Shown here: positions 11,025-22,979 of the stretch, in pieces
Layout of the letters: each line of letters opens with the position of its first letter
How positions within the stretch are numbered: position 1 is the stretch's first letter
DNA from: Eledone cirrhosa
Taxonomy: Eukaryota
Assembly: GCA_964016885.1 (NCBI GenBank)
Contig: OZ024740.1
Location: 72,602,001 to 72,666,000 of the forward strand
Direction of reading: 5' to 3'
Length of the DNA: 64,000 bases
The notes under the pieces: generated by a model
Seen by the model: only the letters and a program-made list of their open reading frames with translations
Databases searched by the model: none
Told to the model about the DNA's origin: nothing
Position numbers and translations under genes: made by a program

Positions 11025-11197
11025 AGTGTATGCACACACATATTTATTAGAATGCTGTTGAAGTATGTATACATTTTTTGGGACACCCTGTACATATATA
11101 TATTTATTATACATATATATGGTGTCCTAAAAGTGTGTACAACAGCGTTCTAATAAATATTACCTTATAAGTGTGTATATATTTTTTGGGGGCACCC
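11025..11197. mobile_element. Two short Tc1-type MITE remnants in inverted orientation
   Basis: TIR-like TTTTTTGGGACACCCTGTA, GGTGTCCTAAAA and TTTTTTGGGGGCACCC. TATTTATTAGAATGCTGTTG is mirrored by CAACAGCGTTCTAATAAATA. Confidence 0.6.
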
Positions 11198-11323
11198 AAA
11201 TATATATATATAATGAAACTTAGGCTTTATTCGTTGTCCAGCTGCCACCATTAAACTGCAGATAAAACGTAAAAATATATCAACTCTGTTGTAATAGACA
11301 CCATGGTAACGTTGCACTGCTGT

Positions 11324-11420
11324 GTATGTATGTATGTATGTATGTATGTATGTATGTATGTATGTATGTATGTATGTATGTATGTATGTATGTATGTATG
11401 TATGTATGTATGTATGTATG
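11324..11420. repeat. (TATG)n microsatellite
   Basis: Direct reading. Confidence 0.98.
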
Positions 11421-11534
11421 TTCTTCTGGTTTTATAATTTCACACAGTTTTCCCAATAGAGAGATAGTCGGTTTCTAACATAGACACAATACTCTCTCAT
11501 TGTAATTTACACAACATCAACTAGGTAGATATGT

Positions 11535-13198
11535 ATGTATGCATGCATGTGTAGATATGGATGTTATTGTATGTGTGGATGTGTATGTTTTGAGTTGTAT
11601 GTGTGCATGTTTATATGCTTTGTATCTGTACATGTGTATATGCTTTGTATCTGTACATGTGTATATGCAGTTATTAGATGCAAAATTTTTGGAATGTTTT
11701 ACATATTTTTACTGTTCCATTAATGGATTGTACTTGTAATTTCCTAACTAGTGTTCTTTCTGTTCCTGTGAAGCCTAGCCTCTGAAGATTTGTATTGAGG
11801 CAGTTACTAACATACCCCAGTGCCCCAATAATCACAGGCATAAATCTGAAGGTGTAATCAGGGTGGAGTATCTGCAGATTTCTCATCAGTTCTGCATAAA
11901 TATTCTCCTTTTCGCTAATCTTTGATATTATATTGGCATCTGCTGGGCAACTAATTTCCACTACTGTGCATGCTTTCTTCTCCCTGTCCCATATCATAAT
12001 ATCTGGTCTGTTATGCCTGCATTTTATTGGGGATTTTACTGGAACATTCTACCAGTACTCTTTCATATTATGTACATGGATGTCTTCCACATTGCTGTAG
12101 CTTTTAATGTGTATCGGGGCTATCTTTTTTAAGAATTGCATTGTAGAGTGTTTTGGCCACTACATCATGCCTCATAGGTAGATAGTACCGCGATGACATC
12201 TTTGGACAGCTGCTGATGACATGGGTGATATTCTCGGTGTTAGTTCTACAGAGTCTGCACTTGTTATCACATCTAGGTGTTTTGCCTGCATCCCTATCTC
12301 TTTTGTGAATCCGGTATTTCGTATTAATCTCCTGTTCTTGGATTACAAAAGCGTATCCTTCAAAGTGGGAGCCAATATAGCGGTTGTTGGTCCAAGATAA
12401 ACTACTTTCCTTATCTATATTACTCTCACTCTGGAGCTTCCTGGCAACATGTACATGCATGATTTTTTGCTGATAAGCATGCAGTTTTTCATCCATGGAT
12501 TCACTGCGATACTGCTGAGCGACTTCCCTGGGTGTGAGTTTTTGATTATCACACAGGGAATATCTCTCGAGGAGTTCCTTACCAACTCTCATGATATTAT
12601 CTGTTTCATGCAGATAGACTTGCTCGAGAGACGGGCTCCTACGCTTCGAGGTTCGTAGATGTTGTCGGAGAGATATGATGCGACATTCAAATGTTGTCTG
12701 GACTGATGTTAGGCCTCTGCCTCCCTGCTTACGTTTCAAGTGAAGGCGGTCTATGTCACTGTTGATGTGGAAGTTTCCGGTGTTGTTTAGTATTTTTCGA
12801 GTTCCAACATCAACTGCTCGGATTTCTTCTATCGTCCAATTGAGTATTCCAAACGTTGGTGTTAGGACAGGCACAACAAACACATTGTGAGCCATTGTTT
12901 TGTTTTGCGCAGAGAGTTCCGATGACCAAATCTTTCTTAATCGGGTGTAGTATTCCCTGGTTACGCGTTCCTTATTACAAATACCATTATAGGATATGTT
13001 CTCATCTACCCCCAGGTATCTGTAGCAGTCCTCATCAGATATCGGCGAAACAGTTAGGCCATGGATGACAATGTTGCTAGATTGGGTTGTTGTTTTTCCC
13101 CGCTTTACAGTCATGTATGAGCATTTATCTTGGCCAAACTCCATTCCTATATCCTCTGAGAACGTTGTAACCAGGTCAAGATTTTTCTTCATCCCATC
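11535..13198 (-). mobile_element. 5'-truncated R4/Dong-like non-LTR retrotransposon (RT C-terminus, CCHC knuckle, restriction-like endonuclease, 3' UTR); pseudogenised
   Basis: ORF 12104-13192: EDIGMEFGQDKC, YRYLGV, GGRGL, CRLC-x8-HVISSC, RHD. It continues after a frameshift/stop as HNRPDIMIWD...VVEISCP..KENIY..PVIIGALG (ORF 11674-11997). Confidence 0.88.
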
Positions 13199-13512
13199 CG
13201 TGTATGTATGTATGTATATATGTATGTATATATGTATGTTTGTATGTTTGTATGTATGAATGTGTGTATGTTTGTATATTTGTATGTATCAATATGTGTA
13301 TGTTTGTATGTATAAATGTGTGTGTTTGTATGTTTGTATGTATGTATGTATGTATGTATGTATGTATGTATGTATGTATGTACGTATGTTTGTATGTATG
13401 TATGTATGTATGTATGTATGTATGTATGTACGTATGTTTGTATGTATGTATGTATGTATGTATGTATGTATGTACGTATGTATGTTTGTATGCATATATG
13501 CACATATGTATG
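13199..13512. repeat. Imperfect (TATG)n microsatellite
   Basis: Direct reading. Confidence 0.95.
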
Positions 13513-13564
13513 TTCGGGTTTTATTATTTTATATATTTTCACCAATAGCAATCCAACCTAAAGT

Positions 13565-16500
13565 CCAACCCCTCCTCAACGTGGCAGGGCGGTGGCAACG
13601 GGTAATGTCCGAGCTATGCCGTCGGGAACTTCGGTTCCTGGTAGGGCCACCCAAGGTGGATTGGTCTGGCACCCAGCGGTATTAGGGCCGCAACCCGACA
13701 AAAGAGGCTCTGGTAAAAATCCAAGAGATGTCTGCTCTGGTAACCGGCGGCTTCGGGTCGTTTCTGTCCCTGCGTCTGTGGAGAATCTGCGGCAATCAGG
13801 ACGTTTTTTCCCCTCACTCGGGATATACATGCGGGTTTTTTGGGGACCGCTTGTGAATTCACTATTCCCATGACACTTCTTCCATGAATCCTACAAATAC
13901 GAACTATGAATACGAATTGCCTCCCCGCTACGAAAGCAATGCAAAGCAACAGCGCTCCTACCGCTATGGCTCTACAGACTACTCTCGCAGTAGTTCCGCT
14001 CTTCAGACGGAGGAAGGAATTGAGGGTGGCGTGCTGGAACGTCTGAACACTTCGTGACGATGGTGTCCAGGCACTTACAATGAAGGCTCTGCACAAGTAC
14101 TGCGTTAGTGTCCCTTGCCTTTCAGAAGTTCGACTTCCCGATGTTGGTCATCTTCCAATCAAAGTTCCTGGCGAGGACATCTCCTACCACTTGTACCATA
14201 GTGGCGTGACTGACAACAGTGGCCTTCACGGGGTCGCTGTAGCGCTCGGCCCCGACGCGCGGAGCGGCTCTGCTAGCGTGACAGCCGATCTCACACTGAC
14301 TCGCGCTGGTTCGATTGAAGGCTCAAATCTCCAACGTCAGCGTAGTTGCCGACTACGCTCCCACACTCAATGCGGACGAGGCGGACAAGACGCAGTTCTA
14401 TGCCGATCTCCCAAAACCGTGGATGGCGTCCCCTCCAGTGATGTTCTCATTGTCGCTGGGGACTGGAATGCGCGGACGGGGCCGGCTGATGATACAACAT
14501 GGCATATTCTGGGACGCTTCGCCCTAGGCGTACGCTGTGACAATGGTGAACGGCTCGTGTCCTTAGCGGATACCAATCGTCTTATCGTAACCAACACCCG
14601 GTTCCAACATCCTCGGCGTCACCAAGTCACATGGCTATCCAATGACGGAAGAACGGCCAATCAGATTGACTACATCCTGGTCAGATCTCGGTGGGCCAGC
14701 TCAGTGATGGGCTCGCGTGCGTATCGGGGGGGGGGGGGGCTGATACGGGCAGTGAGCATGGGTCAGACCATACTCTTGTTCGAGCAGCCCTTCGTCTGCG
14801 GTTGCGGGCGAAACCTCCTCCCAACGCTAGAAAAGGATCGACATCTCACGACTCAAGCTCGATGCTGGAAATGCTTTCCGGCTAGAGCTGCGAAACCAAT
14901 TCCAAATGCTGAGTAACGAAGTGGAACAGCAACCGGAGCAGGAGTGGAATGTGCTCAGGGCGGCGACGGTTGAGGTGGCCAGGGAGCATCTCGGGTCGAC
15001 CCAAAGACGCCATCGGGACTGGATCTCCAGCGGCGCTCTTGAACTCGCGGAGAGGGCGAGAGTGGCCCGACTCGAGGATGCACCCAATCTTCGAGATCTT
15101 CGACGCTGCACATTCGGGCTATTCGGGCCGATCTGAATGCACACTGGCGCGAGTTTGCGGAGCGGACGGAGAGGGCAGCAGCCTGTGGTGACTCGCGCAA
15201 GCTCTACCAACTGGTGAAGCAGGCCAGCCGAAGCATTACGGGTATCAGCGAGACGATCCGTGATCGGAACGGGGCGGTCATTACCAATCTTAATGACAGG
15301 CTAGTCCGATGGCGGGACCATTTCTCCGAGCTGCTCAGCCACCCGCCACCATCCACGCCAATCTACGTGCAGCCTTCCGGAGAAGAATACGGGTGCAGCA
15401 CTGCCCCTCCAACGGTCGAGGATGTACGTAGTGTCCTGACACATCTCCGGAACAACAAGGCGCCGGGCGAGGATGGCGTTCCAGCTGAGGTCTACAAGGC
15501 CGAGCCTGATGTCTTCACAGCTTGGCTCCATCGAGTCTTCTCCTCGGTGTAGGCGACGGAGCGGTTTCCTGGTGACTGGAGCGAGGCAACTCTCCTACCC
15601 TTCTTCAAAAAGGGCGACAGGAAACTGTGTTCCAACTACAGGAGTATCAGTTTAATTGACGTTGCTGCTAAGACCTTCGCAATTCTTCTGCTGAAGAGGT
15701 TCCAGGCCATCCGTCCTTCTCAGGGCAGCTTCCGTCCGGGGAGGGGGTGCGTTGATCAAATCTTCATTCTCCGGCGTGTCCTGGAACAACGGTGGGCACA
15801 TCAACAGCCTACCGTCCTCTGCTGCATCGACTTTGCAGCTGCCTTTGACTCGGTAGATCGCGAAGCCCTATGGTGTATAATGCAGGCGGACGGCATCCCA
15901 ATGAAGCTGCTCCGTCTCATACAGGGCTACTACCGGTCGACTCGCGCTCGAGTGAGGGTCTATGGTGGGGAGACGGAGTCGTTCGATGTTGGGACCGGTG
16001 TTCGGCAGGGGTGTGCGCTATCGCCAACTCTCTTTAACTACGCCATTGACTACACTCTCAACACAGCGCTCCGGGATTACCCGGGAGAGAGGTCGGGAGA
16101 GGGGTCGTGGTGACGGACCTGGCCTACGCGGATGACATCGTGCTGATGGGCGCTAACGGGACAGATGTACAGGGTGCTCTCGAAAGGGTGCACACTGCAG
16201 CCGCCGCTGTTGGTCTACGAATCAATGCTGCCAAGTCGAAAGTCATGACGTCACTGGTCTCGCCTGATGCCTGGCAGCCAATATCTCTCGAGGGCGTGGA
16301 CCTGGGGGATGTGGAGTCCTTCGTTTACCTGGGCGCACCATAGGTGCTGCCAGATCCGCTTTTGGGCGCCTCCAGCAGTGTCTGTGGGACAGAAGAGAGA
16401 TCACTTCGGCGACCAAAGGGCGAATCTACCAGGCCGTCGTTCGCACTATCCTCCTCTATGGCTGTGAAACATGGCCTATGAGGGTAATCAATGAACGAGG

Positions 16501-16955
16501 GCTGGAGGTCTTCGACAATGACTGTCTCCGCCACATTCTTCGCTGCCGACGCATTGATCGGGTACCTACCACCAGTCTTAGTCTTCGCCTGAATCTTCGA
16601 CCCCTTCCTTCAGTGCTGCTGCAACGGCGCTTAAGGTGGTTTGGTCACGCGGCCCGGCGCCCTGAGGGTGAGCTGATCCGCGATGTTCTCCTCCCACCTC
16701 CACTCCCTAACTGGTGCAAGCACGTTGGCGGGCAGCTGAAGACCTGGGCAACGACGATCAAGGACGACCTCTCCAAACTCTCAGGTCCGCAGGTGGTCGG
16801 CCTGCGCCGATGGAACCGTGACTGGCTCGCTATCTCCAGTGACCTAGCCCGTGACCGTCGTGCGTGGGCTGCCATGGTTTGGGATGCCGTCAGGACAAGG
16901 GAAGAAGCCGACACAACCCGTCCAGGGTGAATGTCAACACAAGTACAAGTAAGTA
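13565..16955 (+). mobile_element. Near full-length RTE-clade LINE (APE endonuclease + RT), SR2-like 3' end, frameshifted
   Basis: RTE 5' UTR motif GAGCTATGCC...GTAGGGCCACCCAAG...GACAAAA. APE motifs ACWNV, GDWNARTG, NQIDYILV. RT motifs KAPGEDG, NYRSISL, DF..AFDSV, GVRQGCALSPTLFN, YADDI, RLRWFGH. Tail CAAGTACAAGTAAGTA. Multiple stops and frameshifts. Confidence 0.93.
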
Positions 16956-16974
16956 AATACATATATAGTCTGCA

Positions 16975-17018
16975 TGTGTGTGTGAGTGTGTGTGTGTGTG
17001 TATGTGTGTGTGTATGCA

Positions 17019-17088
<70 letters not shown>

Positions 17089-17105
17089 TGCATCTGTGTG
17101 TGTGC
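16975..17105. repeat. (TG)n microsatellite
   Basis: Direct reading. Confidence 0.97.
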
Positions 17106-17420
17106 ATGCATGGATGTTATTGCATGTGCACATACACATATGTTTCTGTATCTATACATTTGTGTATGTAGTTATTATACGCTGAATTTCTGAAATGTTT
17201 TACATATTTTTACAATTCCATTAATAGACTGTACTTTCTGGTGCTCTTTCTGGTCCTGAAAACCCCAGCTTCTCAACATTTGTACTGAGGCGCTTGGTAA
17301 CAATTTCGTGTAACAGTAACCAACAATCAAGACTGGTGCTTTCTTATCTTGAATTTTTCCTATCACAATCTCATAGATGTTGTATAATTTTGGCGTAATG
17401 CAGGAGCAATAGTTCTTTTG
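17100..17420 (-). mobile_element. Second, decayed 3' end of the R4/Dong-like element
   Basis: KVQSINGIVKICKTFQKF* vs KLQVQSINGTVKICKTFQKF* at 11674. The 3' UTR also aligns (ATGGATGTTATTG..., GTATCT.TACAT.TGTGTAT..AGTTATT). Confidence 0.8.
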
Positions 17421-17720
17421 GATTTCTTTCAATCTCACATAGTTAAACATGTTTTCCTTATCTCATTGTTTCTCCAGAATCAACCTCTGTCTTTCTCTGA
17501 CGGAACCTTAGCGACATTTATTGATTTCCCCATCACAGCTCTATAAACTAATGATTGGTTTCCATTGAATTTCTTATTTACCATTTTTATTTCAGTTACT
17601 CTCTTCCGGTACACGAATTTCTTATTAACAAATCTTAACTCCTGTTTGAGGCAGTGACGTGTGCCACCCGGGGCAGCCCTTCAGTTTGTCGATACCGGAA
17701 CCCCACAAAAATACGTATTG

Positions 17721-17799
<79 letters not shown>

Positions 17800-18829
17800 G
17801 TGTGAAATCCTTGGTACAGTTAGGTATATTTGAAAAAAGGAAAAGAGTTGGTAGATATACCAACTCTTAATATTATAATATTATAAAATTAAATCAAATT
17901 GTTTAGAACTACAAGTGAAGTCATTCTTTTCCATTTTTCAAATACATATATATAAACTACTCTTTATTATAATACTATGCTGCAGCATTAAAAGAACGCT
18001 TCTGGCCTACTGCAGACCCAAAAGTGCCTAGATGGGTTTCTATATTATTTTTCATTCTTTTTGTAGTTTTGATTTTGCTCACATGTGATAAGCAGCACCA
18101 TATGGCCAATGGATTTTCATATATCAACGATCTTTTTTTTTTTCTTTTTTTTTTTTAGAAATACGTAATAGCATTTTCGTTCTGTTTTGCCTGTGTTAGT
18201 ATCTTTATTATCACTAATGTTTTACAGTCTTTATTCTGTCTTTTGTTTAATATCGTCAAGTTCCCTCTTTAAACGGTTGTTTTAAACAAAAATGAACTTC
18301 TTTTCAGATGTTTCTCTAAGGATATATTTTAAATGTTTGTATTCTTCACTTTCCCAGCTAATGGTAGACTCATTATCGTTGACGGTATTTAGATATTGAT
18401 GGTCAGTATGATTGCGAAATACTATAGCAGTTAGAGTAGAGTCTGTTGTGACACTTGGGATCAAATTTGTTGCCGGCAGGTTTGTTTCAAGAGAATGATT
18501 GTGTATTGTTGTTTAATATTGATGGTCAGCTTGACTACGAAGCAACGTAGTAACAGGACAGTCTGTTGTGACACGTCTTCATTGCATGTAGAAGACCCAC
18601 GTAGTGTTCTTATTTATGGAAGTTTCCACTATTGGACATGAAATTACATTTATTGTTTTAAGTAATGTTATTTTTGCGTTCAATAAACGTTGCTTGTTGG
18701 TGTAATTGTTTAGCTGCGAAATAATTTAGCTCTGAGAGAAGTTCGTCTTAGTATAACTTCATTCTATTCATATAGTCAACAGAAGGATATTTTTTTATCA
18801 TTATATAACAATTAAATCGATCACCAACC

Positions 18830-19030
18830 CTTGAAACCTGTAAAAATGTTTTACATATTTTGAAAGATCCAAATATTCTACTCATATGTAACTTATGAAT
18901 TACGAAGTTGTGTTTTTGATCCACAAATACAATTTCAGATAGGTTGGGATATATTCTGTAGCTCCAATAATAATTACGAGTACTGGATCTGCAAACTCCT
19001 CATCAGTGGTCCGTAGATATCCTCCTTCTT
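18830..19030 (-). mobile_element. Third, highly decayed 3' fragment of the R4/Dong-like element
   Basis: AATGTTTTACATATTTT (KICKTF) and ATCTGCAAACTCCTCATCAG (LMRSLQI, cf. LMRNLQI). Confidence 0.55.
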
Positions 19031-19146
19031 TTGTATCTTTCTTACTATAGTGGCATCAAGTGGTCAGATGACTTCTACAGCAGACTATGTCTTAATCTCT
19101 GGTCACAAACAACAACACCTGGCTGGGTTTTATTTTTATGTTCCAC

Positions 19147-19149
<3 letters not shown>

Positions 19150-19178
<29 letters not shown>

Positions 19179-19210
19179 TGTATGTATGTATGTATGTATG
19201 TATGTATGTA

Positions 19211-19269
<59 letters not shown>

Positions 19270-19302
19270 ATGTATGTATGTATGTATGTATGTATGTATG
19301 TA

Positions 19303-19361
<59 letters not shown>

Positions 19362-19376
19362 ATGTATGTATGTATG
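19150..19376. repeat. Compound (TATG)n/(TG)n microsatellite
   Basis: Direct reading. Confidence 0.97.
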
Positions 19377-19838
19377 ACTAAACCGGCAACCCCACCAAGT
19401 TTACTTGGTGAGGAGAGTGATTTTGGACACCTTGCAGGACAAAAAACAAAACCTGACAAAGGGCGGAAGAACTCATGAGAGTCAACGGCCATCCGAAAGT
19501 GTGTAAATATGTATATACACATGTACTGCGCGGTTAAACCACTTGGTGTGAAGGACTCCTAGCCGTTGAACAGGGCATTCTTCTAGGAGAAGGCAACCCA
19601 GGAAACTGGGATAACTCCGATATAAAACCTGCGGCTCAGTAGTTACCGATGATGTTGATCTTTTCTTCTTTTAGGGTTATAGCTACTGTCGCTCAGAGCA
19701 CAGTCTTTCCTCACTTTTAAAAATATTTTCATGCACAGGCATTGCACGATAGAATTAATTAATAATTATTAATAATGGTAAATCATGCAATGGCCATACT
19801 CGATAACGAGGGGGCAGCCATCATGTTTGTATGTATGT
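19376..19838 (+). mobile_element. Bipartite non-autonomous RTE derivative (RTE 5'-UTR-like part + LINE 3' tail)
   Basis: Contains CTAGGAGAAGG..AACTCC.A.ATAAAACC (RTE 5'-UTR-type motif). Ends with GCAATGGCCATACTCGATAACGAGGGGGCAGCCATC(ATGT)n, nearly identical to the LINE tail at 22077-22112. Confidence 0.7.
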
Positions 19839-19844
19839 TATTGG

Positions 19845-20094
19845 TAACATGAAACCCAGTACAACCTGTCTCATTGTCGAGTCGTCGACGACTAAACCGC
19901 CAACCTTACCAAGCTTGCTTGGTGAGGAGGGTGATATTTGGACACCCTGCGCAGGCATTGCTTGTTCAGGATCTGTTACAGCTTCGTGTGGCTGGACGTA
20001 GTCTAAAAGTGCACCATTTTCTGTAATATGACAAGCGATTGCAATACTCTTAGCAGAGTTTGCAGCCATCATGTATGTATGTATGTATGTATGT
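19845..20094 (+). mobile_element. Second, shorter bipartite derivative
   Basis: GACTAAACCG.CAACC..ACCAAG.TT.CTTGGTGAGGAG.GTGAT.TTTGGACACC is shared with 19376. Tail GCAATACTC...GAGTTTGCAGCCATC(ATGT)n. Confidence 0.6.
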
Positions 20095-22112
20095 ATGATC
20101 TTCTCAGCTAGACAGCTCCAGGAGCAGTGCATCGAACAAGGTTTGGATCTGTATCGGGTTTTTGTCGATCTGACAAAAGCTTTCGATACTGTTAACAGAA
20201 ATGCATTATAGAAGGTTCTCCAGAAACTTGGTTGCCCTGATAAGTTCCTTGCTTTAGTTAGGTCTTTCCATGACGACATGAAGGCTTGGGTTAATGTCGG
20301 AGCCTATCTCAGTAAAAAATGGAGTGAAACAGGGGGATATTCCAGCACCGACCCTGTTTGCCATATACTTTGCAATGGTTTTCTGTATTGCATTCAGGAA
20401 TTGCGAGTATGGTATTTACATCCGATATCGAACCTCAGGCAGTATATTTAACATCAGGCGCTTTGCTGTAAAGACAAAAGTATTTACATCAATCATAAGA
20501 GACCTCTTGTATGCAGATGATTGCGATCTTGTAGCGCACACAGAGAGTGATATGCAGCACATTTTGAATGCATTTTCTGACGCTTGCACTGCCCTAGGAT
20601 TGACTGTCAGTCTCAAGAAAACCGTCGTCATGTACCAACCTGCCCCTGGTAAGCAGTACACTGAACCAAACATCTATGTGTATGGCAAACGACTTGGAGT
20701 GGTTGATCAGTTTGTCTACCCGGGAAGCACTGTCAATCGATGCAGCAACCTTGATAGTGAAATCTCACTTAGGATTAGGAAAGCAAGTGATGCTTTCGGA
20801 AAGCTAGAAAGGCGACTCTGGAGTCAGCGAGACATATGCAAGAAGACAAAGGTAAAGGTATACAAGGCATGTGTGCTCTCTTCTCTTCTTTATGCCTGCG
20901 AGACCTGGGTCACATATCGACACCACCTTAAGCAATTGGAGCGTTTCTATCAGATGTGTCTCAGACGGATCCATGGCGTTCACTGGAGGGACCACATCAG
21001 TGATATCGAGATTTTGGAAAGCTCTATGTGTGACAGTATAGAAGCTCTTGTGCTTAAGCAACGACTCCGTTGGAGTGGTCACCTTGCCAGGATGAAGGAT
21101 TCTAGAATACCAAAACAACTCTTTTATGGAGAGTTAATTAAAGGAAAACGACCGCAACATAAACCAAAAAAGAGGTATAAGGATTCCTTGAAAGCCTCTC
21201 TGAAAGACGCTAACATCTCTGCTGATACATGGGAAAATGTTGCTGCTGATCGTAATAAATGGAGAAAGACTGTATATGAGGGGAAAGTTGCCTTTGAGGC
21301 ATCTCGAATCGCATACGAGAAAGTAAAGCGGGATGTGAGGAAGGGCATTGCTGTTGCACTTCCAGACGGAGAGGGTCCTCCTATGGTTCTGACATGCAGC
21401 GTCTGTGCGAGACTCTGCCTAAGCAAAGCTGGACTCGAAAGTCATCTTCGCAGTCATAAAGTAAGACCAGTGGTTGACTACCAGGCTGCTGTTGGAGATG
21501 CTACTCATCATGCTTGCCAAGCATGTGGTAGAGAATGTAAATCAGCAGGAGGGCTCAAGCGACATGCACAAGTACATGAATTCCAACCACAGCCGGCTAT
21601 TCCCAGTGAATGTTTTGGTTGCCGACTCTGTGCAAGACATTTTAGATCATTGGCTGGGCTAAAAAGCCACATTCGATCGCAGCGCTGTTAGTTGCTATCG
21701 TGTGTGTGTGTATAGATATGTTTATGTGTGTGCGTGTGTGTGTATATATATATGTATATGTATATTATTATTGTTGTTGTTGTCGTTATTATTATTGATA
21801 AGGCGGTGGATTGGCAGTATTGGTAGAGGGTTGGACGCCATGCTTTCCAGCATAGTTACGTCCCTTTACGATCTGAGTTCAAATCCCGCCGAGGTTGACT
21901 TTGCCTTTCATCCTTACGGGGTCGATAAAATAAAGTACCAGTAATGCACTGGGTAATTGCTGGCCTTGTGCCTAAAGTAGAAACAGTTATTATTATTGTT
22001 GTTATTATTATTATTATTGTTATTAATATATATGTATGTGTGTATATATATATATATATATTATTTTTTTTCTCGTGCAATGGCCATACTCGATAACGAG
22101 GGGGCAACCATC
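20095..22112 (+). mobile_element. 5'-truncated RTE (BovB-like) LINE with three C-terminal C2H2 zinc fingers; 3' UTR interrupted by a SINE
   Basis: IFSARQLQE.C...FVDLTKAFDTV (followed by an in-frame stop), GVKQG, LYADD, LLYACETW, RLRWSGH, PKQLFYGEL. ORF 20294-21691. Ends in the ...GGCAACCATC(ATGT)n tail. Confidence 0.92.
21797..21990 (+). mobile_element. tRNA-derived SINE inserted in a (TTA/TTG)n tract
   Basis: Same family as 2681 and 10650. Confidence 0.9.
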
Positions 22113-22209
22113 ATGCATGTATGTATGTATGTATGTATGTATGTATGTATGTATGTATGTATGTATGTATGTATGTATGTATGTATGTATGTATGTATGT
22201 ATGTATGTA

Positions 22210-22465
22210 GACCAGTTCTTCTTTTTGGGCAAATGCATTCAAAGGTTAGAGAATGAGATTGACCCTGTGTAAAGCCTTTCCTCATTTAAAAAATCTTCAA
22301 TCACAGGCATTGTTTGATATGACATTTTTTAGGATGCATGGTATTGCTGGCCATAGGCAAGTCCCTAGCAGGACTATAAAACCACATTCGTGATGCTCGT
22401 GCTTAAGTATCAAGTGATGGCATTACTCGAAATCGAGTTGCAGTCATCATGCAAGTATGTATGTA
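22210..22465 (+). mobile_element. Diverged derivative carrying the same LINE-type tail
   Basis: CACAGGCATTG motif and GATGGCATTACTCGAAATCGAGTTGCAGTCATC(ATGY)n. Confidence 0.5.
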
Positions 22466-22486
22466 TGAATGGAATCTATACATGCA

Positions 22487-22489
<3 letters not shown>

Positions 22490-22537
<48 letters not shown>

Positions 22538-22576
22538 AGGTGCACACATGTATAAACATAGTTATACATGCATTCC

Positions 22577-22609
<33 letters not shown>

Positions 22610-22625
22610 TTATATATATATATAA

Positions 22626-22701
<76 letters not shown>

Positions 22702-22702
22702 A

Positions 22703-22735
<33 letters not shown>

Positions 22736-22758
22736 ATGTATGTGTGTGTGTGTGTATG
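22490..22758. repeat. Compound (TA)n/(TG)n/(TATG)n microsatellite
   Basis: Direct reading. Confidence 0.95.
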
Positions 22759-22832
22759 TGAAATCTATTCCACCCCCAAAATCGATATCTAAATTTAAGA
22801 GAGAGAAAGAGAGGTTTTGATTGGTTGATTAC

Positions 22833-22921
22833 CTTTAACTTCGTTGGCGCCGCCGCCAACATTGTTGAGGGTGGAGCATTTCTTGTGAGAAAAATGGAGG
22901 CAGATTTTTGGAGGGAGAAAT
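22833..22921 (-). CDS. Candidate 89-nt host-gene exon (open frame ...FSLQKSASIFLTRNAPPSTMLAAAPTKLK, possible start at MLAAAPTKLK)
   Basis: Minus strand: pyrimidine tract TTTTCTATTTTCAATATCTTCGTCTCAAG| and donor AAG|GTAATC. A unique, higher-GC island between microsatellites. Product not recognised. Confidence 0.45.
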
Positions 22922-22979
22922 CTTGAGACGAAGATATTGAAAATAGAAAACATATAGGAATTGGTTACAGAAAAAAAGA

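Noticed and set aside
12449-21426. Antisense and alternate-frame ORFs overlapping the LINEs
   Set aside because: Shadow ORFs of the retroelement coding sequences with no independent motifs.
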